This document shows positions 51,129 through 61,081 of a stretch of DNA of 64,000 nucleotides, piece by piece. The DNA lies in contig JBKBYA010000001.1 of assembly GCA_046313635.1 (NCBI GenBank), positions 64,001 through 128,000 on the forward strand, in the 5' to 3' direction. Position 1 is the stretch's first letter; every line of letters starts with the position of its first letter. Below the pieces are notes generated by a model. The model saw only the letters and a program-made list of their open reading frames with translations, searched no databases and had not been told where the DNA came from. The position numbers and the translations under genes are program-made. Source of the DNA: Pyrinomonadaceae bacterium (lineage in GTDB: Bacteria > Acidobacteriota > Blastocatellia > Pyrinomonadales > Pyrinomonadaceae).

Positions 51129-52547
51129 CTAAGCTTTGAACCTGTCCCAGTCGCCCCAGACGGCGCAGGTGACGCCGGCGGTCTGGATGTTAAAAAATAA
51201 CGTCTTGCCGTCGGGCGAAAAGGTCGTGCCCGCAAATTCGCTTCGCGGCTGCGGTGCGTAGATGTTGACGGCAAAATCGGCGATGCGGCCGTCGGGCGTG
51301 AGAATGCGTATGAGATTTTCGGGAGTGCCGCCCTCGCCGGCATAGTCGCTGTCTTCGCAGATAAAGAGCAGCTCGCTTCGAGGCATCAGGCAGACATTGT
51401 CGGGCATATCGAGCAGGCGACGGCTCGGCGATTCGAAGAGCAGCGTCAGACGGCCCTCGTCGCGCGACACCGGCTCGTACATCCAGATCTGCCCGGCCCG
51501 GCCGTCGCCGCCGCTCGTGGACGAGATGAATATTCGCCCGCGGGCGTCCGAGCAGATGCCCTCGAGCCGGTTGAATGTCGCTCCGCCCTTAGCGATGCCC
51601 TGCTTGTAGACGGCCTGCGTGTCGACGTCGGTCTCTTTCGGATCAGGGTCGTCGATCGTGACCCAGCTTGCGGCGAGCGTCGTGCGCGGCTTTTGTCCGC
51701 GCCGCGTGTCGTAGCGCGGACGGTCTTTGACGGCGAGCATCTGGAGGATGCCGCCCTCGGCGAGACGCTTCTTTCGCTTTGGGAGAAATCGATAGAGCCC
51801 GCACGCGCCGTAATCCTCGGTCAGGTAGACGACGCCGGTCTTTGGATCGACGGCGACGGCCTCGTGCTCAAAGCGGCCCATCGCCTTGAGCGGCACGGGA
51901 GCGACCGGGCCGTTTGCCGCGGCCGGCACTTCAAAGCAGTAGCCGTGCGGCTGCGGCATTCCGCCGGTCTTAACGCCGTTTGCCGCGGTGCGAATGGTCT
52001 TGCCGACCGTCGTCTCCTCGCACGTGATCCAGCTGCCCCAAGGCGTCGGCCCGCCGGCACAGTTGACGAGCGTCCCCGAGAGACTGACGAAGTCGCGAAC
52101 GATCGTACGAGTCTTCGGGTCGATGACGAGCGTCGTCGTGCCGCCGCCGGCGGTCTCGTCGTAATGCGGACCTTTGCCTCCGGCGATCGCCGTTCCCGGG
52201 CGAGGAACGCGCCCGCCTGTCACCTCGTGATTGCGCACGAGACGCAGCTCGCCGCCGACGCGGAAGGCCGCCATGCCGTCGTGACGCGCCGGCGTCGGGC
52301 GGCCGTCCGACATCTTGTCGCCGGTCTTGCCGATGACCGTGTATTCAAAGCCCTTCGGCAGCGAGAGGTAAACTTCGCCCGTATTTTTTGCGGCGGTCGG
52401 CGAGAGCTCGCCGTAGCCGACAGCGCGTAGGCGCGAGAGGTCGCCGGTCTGCACGAGCGCCTCTGCGCGGCGGCCGAGGCCCGAGCAGGCAATGGCGAGC
52501 GAGCCGGCTGCGCAGCCGAGATTGGTGAGGAAAGATCGTCGATCCAT
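51129..52547 (-). CDS. Tat-exported PhoX/DUF839 family alkaline phosphatase-like protein
   Basis: MDRRSFL twin-arginine signal; NHE, NCAGG.TPWGSWITCEE, MGRFEHEA, PDN, EFAG. Confidence 0.85.
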   Translation of the reverse strand: MDRRSFLTNLGCAAGSLAIACSGLGRRAEALVQTGDLSRLRAVGYGELSPTAAKNTGEVYLSLPKGFEYTVIGKTGDKMSDGRPTPARHDGMAAFRVGGELRLVRNHEVTGGRVPRPGTAIAGGKGPHYDETAGGGTTTLVIDPKTRTIVRDFVSLSGTLVNCAGGPTPWGSWITCEETTVGKTIRTAANGVKTGGMPQPHGYCFEVPAAANGPVAPVPLKAMGRFEHEAVAVDPKTGVVYLTEDYGACGLYRFLPKRKKRLAEGGILQMLAVKDRPRYDTRRGQKPRTTLAASWVTIDDPDPKETDVDTQAVYKQGIAKGGATFNRLEGICSDARGRIFISSTSGGDGRAGQIWMYEPVSRDEGRLTLLFESPSRRLLDMPDNVCLMPRSELLFICEDSDYAGEGGTPENLIRILTPDGRIADFAVNIYAPQPRSEFAGTTFSPDGKTLFFNIQTAGVTCAVWGDWDRFKA

Positions 52548-52606
52548 AAGGGTTAGGTCTGTGGGTTCAGCCACATTTACAATATTCCGGTAGTTGTGAG
52601 ATTTCA

Positions 52607-53077
52607 ATGACAACCATTATCCAGGCGGTATCCGAAGCCGAGGTCGCCGAGGCCCGCGATCTGTTTCGCGAGTACGAGAGCTGGCTCGGGCTGAGTCTGT
52701 GCTTTCAGAATTTTGACGACGAGGTCAGCGGGCTGCCGGGCAAATATTCGCCTCCGGACGGGCGATTGCTGCTCGCCTACACCGGCGAGGGCGAACTCGC
52801 CGGCTGCGTCGCGATGCGAAAACTCGAGGATGGCATATGCGAGATGAAGCGCCTCTTTGTGCGTGACGCTTATCGCGGCCGCCGCGTCGGCGTGGCGCTC
52901 CTCGAAAAGGTCATCGACGAGGCACGCCTCGTCGGCTACAACAAACTCCGCCTCGACACCTACCCGCCGAGAATGCAAAAGGCCGCAGCACTCTACGAGC
53001 GCTACGGCTTTCGCGAGATCGCGCCGTACTATCACAATCCGTATGGCGACACCCTTTTTATGGAGCTTGCGCTCTAG
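52607..53077 (+). CDS. GNAT family N-acetyltransferase
   Basis: 'CEMKRLFVRDAYRGRRVG', 'LYERYGF'. Confidence 0.9.
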   Translation: MTTIIQAVSEAEVAEARDLFREYESWLGLSLCFQNFDDEVSGLPGKYSPPDGRLLLAYTGEGELAGCVAMRKLEDGICEMKRLFVRDAYRGRRVGVALLEKVIDEARLVGYNKLRLDTYPPRMQKAAALYERYGFREIAPYYHNPYGDTLFMELAL

Positions 53078-53080
53078 CAG

Positions 53081-54805
53081 TTACTTCGCCGAGGTCTTGG
53101 CCGGTATCTTTTCGTCCATCATCGCGGTCTGGTACACAAAAGCGGCCATGATCGTCGCGGCCTGCTTCATGTCGTCGGCCTGGATGCGGTCAAAGACGTC
53201 CTGGTTCGAGTGGTGAGTGCGCGTGTCGTACTCGATCTCGTCCTGGATGAACTGGAACCCCGGCAGACCGATCGCGTCGAATGCGAGGTGGTCGGTGCCG
53301 CCGGTATTCTCGATCGTCAGCGTCTTGGCGCCGAGGTCGGCGAAGGGCGCCAGCCACGCCTCGAAGATCGGCCGCACATTTGGATTGCTCTGCATATATA
53401 CGCCGCGGATCCGGCCCGTGCCGTTGTCGAGGTTGTAGTACGCCGAGAGCTTGTCGTAATCGGCCTTTTTGACGAGCGTGCCCGGAGCTCCGCCGGCGCC
53501 GAATGCGGCCGTCGCGGCCTGGCCCTGCATCTCGCCAAAGTGCTGCCTGACGTACGCACGCGAGCCGAGCAGGCCCTGCTCCTCGCCCGACCAGAGCGCG
53601 ATGCGGATCGTGCGGCGGGGCTTGAGGCCGAGCGTCTGGATGATGCGGACCGCCTCCATCGCGACCGCGACGCCGGCCGCGTTGTCTGTCGCGCCCGTTC
53701 CCGAGTGCCACGAGTCCATGTGGCCGCCGAGCATAACGAGCTGCTCCTTGAGCGTCGGGTCGGTGCCCGGTATCTCGGCGACGGTGTTGTAGCCCATCAG
53801 GTCGTCATCGTGGTACTTCGCGTCGATGCTGACGGTCATCTGCGGCGTGACGCCGCTCTTGATCATTCGCACCAGGCGGTTGTAATCCTCGGTCGCCATC
53901 GTGAGCTGCGGGACCATTCGGGCCTCGGCCTCCTTGTTCCACGGCTGAAGCCGGTTGCGCCCGCCGACGAACATCTCCATCGGATTGGCGGGAATCTCCT
54001 GTGCGACGCTCGCCGCCGAGACAAAGAGCGTTCCGCCGCTGCCCAAGCGGCTGTTGTCGATCAGGACGGCCGCGCCTTCCTGGATCAAAAAGTTCGCGCG
54101 CTTTGCGGCCTGAATGAATGGCGCAAACCGCGCCTGCATCTGCTCGGGCGTCGGCACCTGCTGCTGCGGCCGCGGGCCTGCCGGCCGGGCCTCGGCCATC
54201 TTGGCGAGCTCCTCGTCGCTGAGACGCGCGGCGAGCGGCTTGTCGATCATCTTGAGCTCACGCGGATCTGAGACGAGAACGATCTTGCCCGCGAGTTTGC
54301 CTTTGTACTTCTCGAGATCGGCGTCGGTCTTGGCGTCGAGAAAGACGACCTCGCCGGTCACGGCGCCTTTGGTCGAGGGCGACCAGGCCTTTGGATACGC
54401 GATCACCGGAACGGTGTACGGGGCGACCACTTGGGCCTTGAAATCCTTGAGCTCCCAGCCGCGGCCGAAAGGTCCCCAGGCTTCGAGCTTTGCGTTCTGC
54501 AGGCCCCACTTCGCGAGCTGATCGCGCGTCCACTCGTTCGAACGCTTCATATTCGGCGAGTTGGTGAGGCGGGCGCCGATGACGTCGGTCAGGTACGAGA
54601 GCGTCTGCATCACCTGCGAGCGGTTGAGCCCCTCGTCGCGGATCTTGTCGATGATCTCTTTAGGTGCGGTGTAGACCGCCGTGGACCGGACCGGTGCGGC
54701 GGCAGCGGCAGAGCCGACCGCGTTGGATGTCTGCTGTGCGAAAGCGAAGGTCGGCAGCAGAACGGCGTACATCGCAAGCACGCCTAGTACTTTACGTCGT
54801 GACAT
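53081..54805 (-). CDS. Secreted M28 family peptidase (carboxypeptidase Q-like)
   Basis: Signal peptide; [31 protein letters not shown]. Confidence 0.9.
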   Translation of the reverse strand: MSRRKVLGVLAMYAVLLPTFAFAQQTSNAVGSAAAAAPVRSTAVYTAPKEIIDKIRDEGLNRSQVMQTLSYLTDVIGARLTNSPNMKRSNEWTRDQLAKWGLQNAKLEAWGPFGRGWELKDFKAQVVAPYTVPVIAYPKAWSPSTKGAVTGEVVFLDAKTDADLEKYKGKLAGKIVLVSDPRELKMIDKPLAARLSDEELAKMAEARPAGPRPQQQVPTPEQMQARFAPFIQAAKRANFLIQEGAAVLIDNSRLGSGGTLFVSAASVAQEIPANPMEMFVGGRNRLQPWNKEAEARMVPQLTMATEDYNRLVRMIKSGVTPQMTVSIDAKYHDDDLMGYNTVAEIPGTDPTLKEQLVMLGGHMDSWHSGTGATDNAAGVAVAMEAVRIIQTLGLKPRRTIRIALWSGEEQGLLGSRAYVRQHFGEMQGQAATAAFGAGGAPGTLVKKADYDKLSAYYNLDNGTGRIRGVYMQSNPNVRPIFEAWLAPFADLGAKTLTIENTGGTDHLAFDAIGLPGFQFIQDEIEYDTRTHHSNQDVFDRIQADDMKQAATIMAAFVYQTAMMDEKIPAKTSAK

Positions 54806-54942
54806 TTTTTACTTCTCCTGGAGAACTGGATCAAATCTTTGCAAAGAGATTCGTATGATTATACAAACGGAGGGCCGCGAAAGTTTCACCGGTCGCGGCC
54901 GCGGTTTCGGTCGTTCGATCTGCGCGGGTCTTTTTGAGTTGC

Positions 54943-55524
54943 CTAGAGCGTCGACCACGTCAGGGTGTAGGCCGGCGGCAGATTTTTGGTGACGAGCTTG
55001 CTGCGCGTCGAGCGGCCGTAGCGGTCGCGCATAAAGCGCCGCAAGCGCAGCGCCGACGGCGTGTAGTAGCCGTGAGCGTACTGGAACGCGCGAAACATGC
55101 ATCCGCGCTCCATAAACTTCTCGACCTCTGCGAGCACTCCGTCTGCCACCTCGTCAGGCAGCGTGACAAAAGGCAGACAGCACAGAATGTAGCTCACCTT
55201 GCCCAGGCCCGAACCGGCATGCAGCCGCGCGGCGTCGGCCGCACAGCCCGCGACGAAGTTCATCTCCGGAAAACGCACGCGCAAGTTTGCGACAAGCTTA
55301 TGGTCGAGCTCCACGCCGAGATACGACCGGTCGTCGGGCACGATCTCTCGGATGCATTTGGTGATCGCCCCGGTGCCGACCCCGAGCTCGAGAATGACGT
55401 TGTTCTCGTCGGGCGTAATGCCGTCGAGCATCTGCCACGCGAGGTCGCTCGAGCTCGGCGCGACGGCGCCGACCTTGAGAGGATTTTTGAGAAATGCCTG
55501 CAGGAATTGGATGTTGTCCTTCAT
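54943..55524 (-). CDS. SAM-dependent methyltransferase (phospholipid N-methyltransferase-like)
   Basis: 'GAVAPSS..LA', 'LELGVGTGAIT', 'NLPPA'. Confidence 0.82.
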   Translation of the reverse strand: MKDNIQFLQAFLKNPLKVGAVAPSSSDLAWQMLDGITPDENNVILELGVGTGAITKCIREIVPDDRSYLGVELDHKLVANLRVRFPEMNFVAGCAADAARLHAGSGLGKVSYILCCLPFVTLPDEVADGVLAEVEKFMERGCMFRAFQYAHGYYTPSALRLRRFMRDRYGRSTRSKLVTKNLPPAYTLTWSTL

Positions 55525-55536
55525 TCGCAGAATCGT

Positions 55537-58077
55537 CTACGCGGAGACTATGTCCTTGGTTCCGCTCAATTTACCGGGGCGTGTCGAGGGTTCGGCCGGT
55601 ATTTTATAATCGCACTCTTCGTTTTGGCAATAATGCACTGTGCCCTCCTTTTTGGTCGTTTTTTCGAGCAGGAAAGGAGCTCCGCACTGCGGGCACGGCA
55701 CGCTGACCGGCTTGTCCCAATAGACCGCGTCACACTTAGGATAATTGGCGCAGCCGTAAAAGACCTTGCCGCGTTTCGATTTTTTGACGACGATGTCGCC
55801 GCCGTCCTTCGGGCACGCGACGCCGACCGTCTCGCGTTTGATGTAGTCGCACTTAGGGTAGTTCGAGCAAGAGATGAATTCGCCAAACCTGCCTTGCCGC
55901 TTGACGAGCTGCGCGTTGTCCTTTGGGCAGTACTCGTCGATGGGCTCGGGCGGCGCGGCGGGCTTCTGCTCGCCCTTTGCGATCTTGCGGATGTTCTTGC
56001 ATTCGGGATAGCCGGTGCAGCCGTAGAAGGAGCCGAAGCGGCCTTTCTTCAGGGCCATTTCGCGACCGCACAATTCGCACGCCGGAACCTCTGCGGCCTC
56101 GCCGGGGCCGCCGTTCCCGCCGGCTGACTGCTCGTCGCCCTCGGTTGACCGCTTGCTCCCGACCTCGCGGGTGTTCTGGCACTCGGGATAATTCGAGCAC
56201 GCGAGGAATTGGCCGAAGCGTCCGAACTTGATCACCATCGGAGCGCCGTCCTTTTCGCACGTCTCGCCGGTGGGGATGGCCATCTTCTTTTTGCCCTTGA
56301 TGGTCTCGGCGGCGGCGGCGAGGTCTTTTGAGAATTTGTCGTAAAACTCTCGAAGCGCGGCCTGCCACGCGAGCTTGCCTTCCTCGATCTCGTCGAGCTC
56401 TTCTTCCATCCGGGCCGTGTACTGCTCGTTAAAGATGTCGTCGAATGTCTCGACGAGCAGATCGTTAACGGTCGTACCGAGCGGCGTCGGGTGAAAGCGG
56501 CCCTCGATCTTCTCGACGTACTCGCGGTCCTGGATCGTGGTCATGATCGCCGCGTAGGTCGAGGGACGGCCGATGCCTTTTTCTTCGAGAGCTTTTACGA
56601 GAGTCGCTTCCGTATAACGCGGCGGCGGCTCGGTAAAGTGTTGGTTGGGCGTGATCGAATTGAGCTTTAAGGTCTCGCCCTGCTCGACGCGCGGCAGCGA
56701 GCGTTCCGCTTCGTCGTCCTCGCTCGCGTCTTTCGGCGTGTCGTCGCGGCCTTCCTGATAGACCTTTAGAAACCCGTCAAACTTCTGCACCGAACCTGTC
56801 GATCTAAAAATGAATCTTCCCGCCTTGATATCGATCGTCGTCTGATCAAAAACGGCCGGCGTCATCTGCGACGCGACGAATCGCTGCCAGATCAGCCGAT
56901 AGAGCTTGAGCTCGTCGGGGCTCAGTTTGTTTGCGAGCGAATCAGGCGTGCGGTTGACGTCGGTCGGACGGATGGCCTCGTGCGCGTCCTGCGCGTCCTT
57001 TTTGCCTTTATAGAAGTTCGGCTTCTCGGGCATGTACTGCGGGCCGTAACTGCCGCCGATAAAATCGCGCACCTCGTTCAACGCCGCGTCCGAGACGCGC
57101 GTCGAGTCTGTACGCATATATGTGATCAGACCGACCGCGCCTTCGCTGCCGAGTTCAACGCCCTCGTAGAGCTTTTGCGCGACGGTCATCGTCTTTTTTA
57201 CCGAAAAGCCGAACTTGCGCGCCGCCTCCTGCTGCAGCTTCGACGTGATGAATGGCGGCGTCGCGTTGCGCCTGCGCTCTTTGGTCGTCACCGAGTCGAC
57301 GACGAACGTTTCTTTTTCGGCCTCGGCGACGATCTCGCCGGCCTGCTCGGCCGTCTTGATGTGCACCTCGCCGGCCTTGACGTCGTCGTCGAACTTGCCG
57401 GTCTTGACCGTCTTGTCGTCGATCTTGTACAGCTTTGAATCGAAATTCGGCGGCAGCGCGGCCGAGAGATTTGCAATGATCGACCAGTACTCGGTCTGGA
57501 CAAAGCTCTCGATCTCGCGTTCGCGCTCGACGACGAGACGCACGGCGACCGTCTGCACGCGGCCGGCCGAGAGTTTGCCGCCGATCGTCTTCCAAAGGAT
57601 CGGCGAGACCTGGTAGCCGACAAGCCGGTCGAGCACGCGGCGCGCCTGCTGCGCGTCAACGAGATTCTTGTTTACTTCTTTCGGCTCTTTGAAGGCGTCC
57701 CTGATCGCGTTCTTTGTGATCTCGTTGAACATCACGCGATAGACCGGGATCTTGCCCTTCTTCGGAACGATCTCCTCGGCGAGATGCGCGCAGATCGCCT
57801 CGCCCTCGCGGTCGGGGTCGGCGGCGAGATAGATCGCTTCGCTCGCCTTCGCGGCTTTCTTCAGCTCGGAGACGATCTTTTTATTGTTCCGCTTTTTGGT
57901 ATCCGGGATTACCTCGTAGTGGGGCTCGAAGTTGTTCTCGATGTCCACACCGAGGTCCTTTGCGGGCAGGTCCTTGATGTGGCCGATCGAGGCCATCACA
58001 AGATAATCCTGTCCGAGATACTTATTGATTGTCTTCGCCTTTGCGGGCGACTCGACGATGACTAAATTTTTTGCCAT
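55537..58077 (-). CDS. topA: DNA topoisomerase I
   Basis: LVIVESPAKAKTI, DPDREGEAI, SAGRVQ, ITYMRTDS; C-terminal zinc ribbons. Confidence 0.98.
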   Translation of the reverse strand: MAKNLVIVESPAKAKTINKYLGQDYLVMASIGHIKDLPAKDLGVDIENNFEPHYEVIPDTKKRNNKKIVSELKKAAKASEAIYLAADPDREGEAICAHLAEEIVPKKGKIPVYRVMFNEITKNAIRDAFKEPKEVNKNLVDAQQARRVLDRLVGYQVSPILWKTIGGKLSAGRVQTVAVRLVVEREREIESFVQTEYWSIIANLSAALPPNFDSKLYKIDDKTVKTGKFDDDVKAGEVHIKTAEQAGEIVAEAEKETFVVDSVTTKERRRNATPPFITSKLQQEAARKFGFSVKKTMTVAQKLYEGVELGSEGAVGLITYMRTDSTRVSDAALNEVRDFIGGSYGPQYMPEKPNFYKGKKDAQDAHEAIRPTDVNRTPDSLANKLSPDELKLYRLIWQRFVASQMTPAVFDQTTIDIKAGRFIFRSTGSVQKFDGFLKVYQEGRDDTPKDASEDDEAERSLPRVEQGETLKLNSITPNQHFTEPPPRYTEATLVKALEEKGIGRPSTYAAIMTTIQDREYVEKIEGRFHPTPLGTTVNDLLVETFDDIFNEQYTARMEEELDEIEEGKLAWQAALREFYDKFSKDLAAAAETIKGKKKMAIPTGETCEKDGAPMVIKFGRFGQFLACSNYPECQNTREVGSKRSTEGDEQSAGGNGGPGEAAEVPACELCGREMALKKGRFGSFYGCTGYPECKNIRKIAKGEQKPAAPPEPIDEYCPKDNAQLVKRQGRFGEFISCSNYPKCDYIKRETVGVACPKDGGDIVVKKSKRGKVFYGCANYPKCDAVYWDKPVSVPCPQCGAPFLLEKTTKKEGTVHYCQNEECDYKIPAEPSTRPGKLSGTKDIVSA

Positions 58078-58250
58078 TACAAAACTGCCGAAAAAAATGT
58101 GTCAGAAGCGTATCAAACGCTCTGACACCTAAAGACTACTAGCACCTAAGTTTCTTACGTGTCAATTCTCGGTGAATCTTAGATGACACGGCACTGCGGC
58201 GCGATGACCGGTTTTTCGCGGGCTTGATCGGGGCGATGGAGAGAGACGTT

Positions 58251-59375
58251 TCAGATACGCCTCGCGTAATGTTTGCCTGGCAATACCCGGATCAGATCGC
58301 GGATGTCGAGGCCGACGAGAACAGAATTGAGCTCGCCGAATGAGAGGCCGCTTGTCTCCAGCAGCGTGTCGATGTGGACCGCCTCGTCCGACGGCAGCAG
58401 CGACCAGATCTTGCGCTCGGCGTCGGTCAGGTCGGCCGGCGGCGCGTCTTGACGCTTCGCGTCGCCGTTCGGCTCGTCGTCGACCTTCGGCGGCAGGATC
58501 GAGGCGGCGATCTCGCTCGGCAGTTCCGATACAACGTCCTGCCATTGCTGCACGAGTTTGGCGCCGGCCTTGATCAGATAATTCGTCCCATACGAGTTGC
58601 GCGAAGTGATGTTGCCCGGTACGGCCATCACTTCGCGGTTCTGTTCGGCGGCGAGCCGGGCGGTGATGAGCGAGCCGCTGCGTTCGGACGCCTCGACGAT
58701 CAGCACGCCGTAGCTCAGCCCGCTGATGACGCGGTTGCGGTAAGGGAAGTTGTCCTTGAGCGGCGGCGTGCCGAGCGGGAACTGCGTCACGAGCGCTCCG
58801 CCCGAGTCGAGTATCTCGCGCGCGAGCCGCGTGTTCTCTTTCGGATAAACGCCGTCGATGCCCGTGCCGAGGACGGCGATCGTTTTTCCATTTCCGGCGA
58901 TCGCTCCGCGATGCGCGGCGGTGTCGATACCTCGTGCGAGACCCGAAACGATCGTGATGCCGCGCGTCGCGAGATCGCGCGACAACATTTCAGCGGCGTT
59001 CTGCCCGTAGGTCGAGCACTGCCGCGACCCGATCACGCCGACGCACGGCTGCTCGAAACACTCCTGCCAATTGCCGCGCACATACAAAACGATCGGCGGG
59101 TCGGCGATCTCGCGCAGCAGCGCCGGATAACTGCCGTCGTCGAGCAAAATTATGTCGCCGCCGAGCGCCTTGACGCGATCGAGCTCGCCCGCCGCGCGCT
59201 CGTCGAACTCGCGATTGATGATGCTCTGGATCGTGTCGGGCTTGAGCCGCAGCGATTCGAGTTCAGCTCGCCTCGCAGCAAACACGGCGGCAGGAGATCC
59301 AAACCGCTCCAGCAGCTTCGTCGCGACACGCGGGCCAACGCCGGGCGTCATGTTGAGGGAGAGCCATTCCTTCAT
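58251..59375 (-). CDS. dprA: DNA-processing protein DprA
   Basis: VSGLARGIDTAAH, FPYRNRVISGLS, SGSLITA; upstream of topA. Confidence 0.96.
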   Translation of the reverse strand: MKEWLSLNMTPGVGPRVATKLLERFGSPAAVFAARRAELESLRLKPDTIQSIINREFDERAAGELDRVKALGGDIILLDDGSYPALLREIADPPIVLYVRGNWQECFEQPCVGVIGSRQCSTYGQNAAEMLSRDLATRGITIVSGLARGIDTAAHRGAIAGNGKTIAVLGTGIDGVYPKENTRLAREILDSGGALVTQFPLGTPPLKDNFPYRNRVISGLSYGVLIVEASERSGSLITARLAAEQNREVMAVPGNITSRNSYGTNYLIKAGAKLVQQWQDVVSELPSEIAASILPPKVDDEPNGDAKRQDAPPADLTDAERKIWSLLPSDEAVHIDTLLETSGLSFGELNSVLVGLDIRDLIRVLPGKHYARRI

Positions 59376-59764
59376 ATTTCTGACTTCGGAATTCGGATTT
59401 CGGAATTCGGATTTTTTCGGGCCTTGCTTGTCCGTATCGCCGAGATCACGATCGAGAGTATTTCATTTGCCTCAGCGAGCAGGCCCTCGACGAGCTCTCG
59501 CTTGACCTGTCCCGATTCGACCAGCAGCTCGATCCAATAGATGGTCTCGTCCGCTTCTTCTTCGACGATCGACAACTTGTTTATGAAGTCTGCCAGAGAT
59601 TTGGCCCGGCAGGCCGCCCGGTAATTTGCGCCGACTGATGTAGCGCTCCTCAGAAGCTGCTTGCCTACGATGTCGGAAACCCTGTTGAAGGGCAGACTCT
59701 CGACCAGGCGCATTGTCCGCAACGCAAATCGCTTGGTCCGGTCTTTCAATTCATCTTGAGTCAT
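59372..59764 (-). CDS. Four-helix bundle protein (23S rRNA IVP / Avd-like family)
   Basis: 'QLLRSATSVGANYRAACRAKS..DFINKLSIVEEEADET.YW'; stop overlaps the dprA ATG. Confidence 0.92.
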   Translation of the reverse strand: MTQDELKDRTKRFALRTMRLVESLPFNRVSDIVGKQLLRSATSVGANYRAACRAKSLADFINKLSIVEEEADETIYWIELLVESGQVKRELVEGLLAEANEILSIVISAIRTSKARKNPNSEIRIPKSEI

Positions 59765-59809
59765 AGTGAGAGCTCAATCCGAAATCCGAAATCCGAAATC
59801 CGCAATCGA
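59385..59809. repeat. Inverted TTCGGA(A/T)/ATCCGAA heptamer arms flanking the four-helix-bundle gene
   Basis: ttcggaattcggatttcggaattcggatttt (59386-59416) and aatccgaaatccgaaatccgaaatccgcaatcg (59776-59808). Confidence 0.9.
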
Positions 59810-59811
59810 AC

Positions 59812-59910
59812 TGGCGGAGGCGTGTGGGAGTCGAACCCACCTAAGACTGCTCTCGCAGCCTCACAAGCGGTTTTGAAGACCGTGCCCGTCACCGGACGAG
59901 TTTCGCCTCC
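59812..59910 (-). tRNA. selC: tRNA-Sec (anticodon UCA)
   Basis: GGAGGCG acceptor stem, 6-bp D stem CTCGTC/GACGGG, anticodon loop CTTCAAA, long variable arm, GTGGG-TTCGACT-CCCAC, GCCA end. Confidence 0.93.
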
Positions 59911-59926
59911 TTGGTGAAAGGAAAAG

Positions 59927-61069
59927 TTAAACGGACTGCATCAAGAGTGCAAGGAGCGTGGCGCGTTTGGGAATGTCGTCGATCAGGATGTACTCGTCGA
60001 GCGTGTGGGCGCCGTCGCCGGCGACGCCGAGGCCGTCGAGGACGGGCACGCCCATCGCGGCGACGAAGTTGCCGTCCGACGCGCCGCCGACCTGCGTCTC
60101 GCCGAGCTCGTAGTTGAACGACGCGGCAAGATCTCGAGCCATTTCGTAAAGTGCCGCGACCGCGTCGGTGCGCTCCATCGGCGGGCGATTGACGCCGCCC
60201 GAGATCTCGAGCGAGACGCGCTCGTTAACTGGCGCGAGCGAGGCGATCTCATTTTCGATGCGGGCTGCCTCGTCTATTCGAGAAAAGCGTACGTCGACCG
60301 AGCACTCGGCGTGCTCGGGAATGACGTTAGACGCGGTGCCGCCCTCGATCGTACAGACGTTGACGGTCGTACCGAGCTCGGCGTTGTTGAGCGTCTGAAG
60401 CTTCAGTATCTGATGCGCGAGCTCGACGATCGCGCTTGCGCCGCGTTCGGGCTCGAGGCCCGCGTGCGAAGGCACGCCGTGCGCGGCGATAGTGAACATC
60501 CCGGTTCCCTTGCGGCCGGTCTTTACTTTCCCCATCGCAGACGGCTCGCAGACGAGACACGCTTCGCTGCGTGCGGCCTCGGTCTCGACGAGAGACTTAC
60601 CCGTCTTGCTGCCGGCCTCTTCGTCGCACGAGAGCAGTATCGTGATCGGCCGCGGCGGCACGACCGAGTTCTCCGAAAAGTATCGCAGCGTCTCGAGCAT
60701 CAGGACGATGTTGGCCTTCATATCAAATACGCCGCAGCCGTAAAACCGCTCGCCCTCGATCCGCGTCGCGTTCTTGAGCCGCGTGCCGACCGGATGGACG
60801 GTGTCGGTGTGGCCGAGCAGGAGAAGCTGCTTTTTGCTCTCGTCCGGAAAGGCGCGGATCGCGAGATGATCGCCGACGTTGTCGGCTGCGACGCGCTCGA
60901 CCGAGATGCCGAGCGGGATCTTATCGACCTTTTCGGCGATCCAATCGGCGACCATACGGCTGCGCGAAACGTCGAACGACGGCGATTCGATCTCGACGAT
61001 CTGATGCGTCATCCGCAGGATCGCCTCCTGCCGCGATTCGAAGTATTTGAGTATGTCGTGCGGGCTCAT
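59927..61069 (-). CDS. M20 family metallopeptidase (glutamate carboxypeptidase-like)
   Basis: GHTDTV, DMKA, DEE, EP, HAG, GGASDGN, GAH. Confidence 0.9.
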   Translation of the reverse strand: MSPHDILKYFESRQEAILRMTHQIVEIESPSFDVSRSRMVADWIAEKVDKIPLGISVERVAADNVGDHLAIRAFPDESKKQLLLLGHTDTVHPVGTRLKNATRIEGERFYGCGVFDMKANIVLMLETLRYFSENSVVPPRPITILLSCDEEAGSKTGKSLVETEAARSEACLVCEPSAMGKVKTGRKGTGMFTIAAHGVPSHAGLEPERGASAIVELAHQILKLQTLNNAELGTTVNVCTIEGGTASNVIPEHAECSVDVRFSRIDEAARIENEIASLAPVNERVSLEISGGVNRPPMERTDAVAALYEMARDLAASFNYELGETQVGGASDGNFVAAMGVPVLDGLGVAGDGAHTLDEYILIDDIPKRATLLALLMQSV

Positions 61070-61081
61070 CGAGACTAAGCG

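Noticed and set aside
50778..51200. ORFs rich in HLPFT/YHLP
   Set aside because: They are translations of heptamer repeats, not credible proteins.
59372..59764. Diversity-generating retroelement (Avd-like gene)
   Set aside because: No reverse transcriptase and no TR/VR pair were seen in the window.
58251..59910. Integrative island at selC
   Set aside because: No integrase and no duplicated tRNA 3' end were seen; housekeeping dprA and topA follow.
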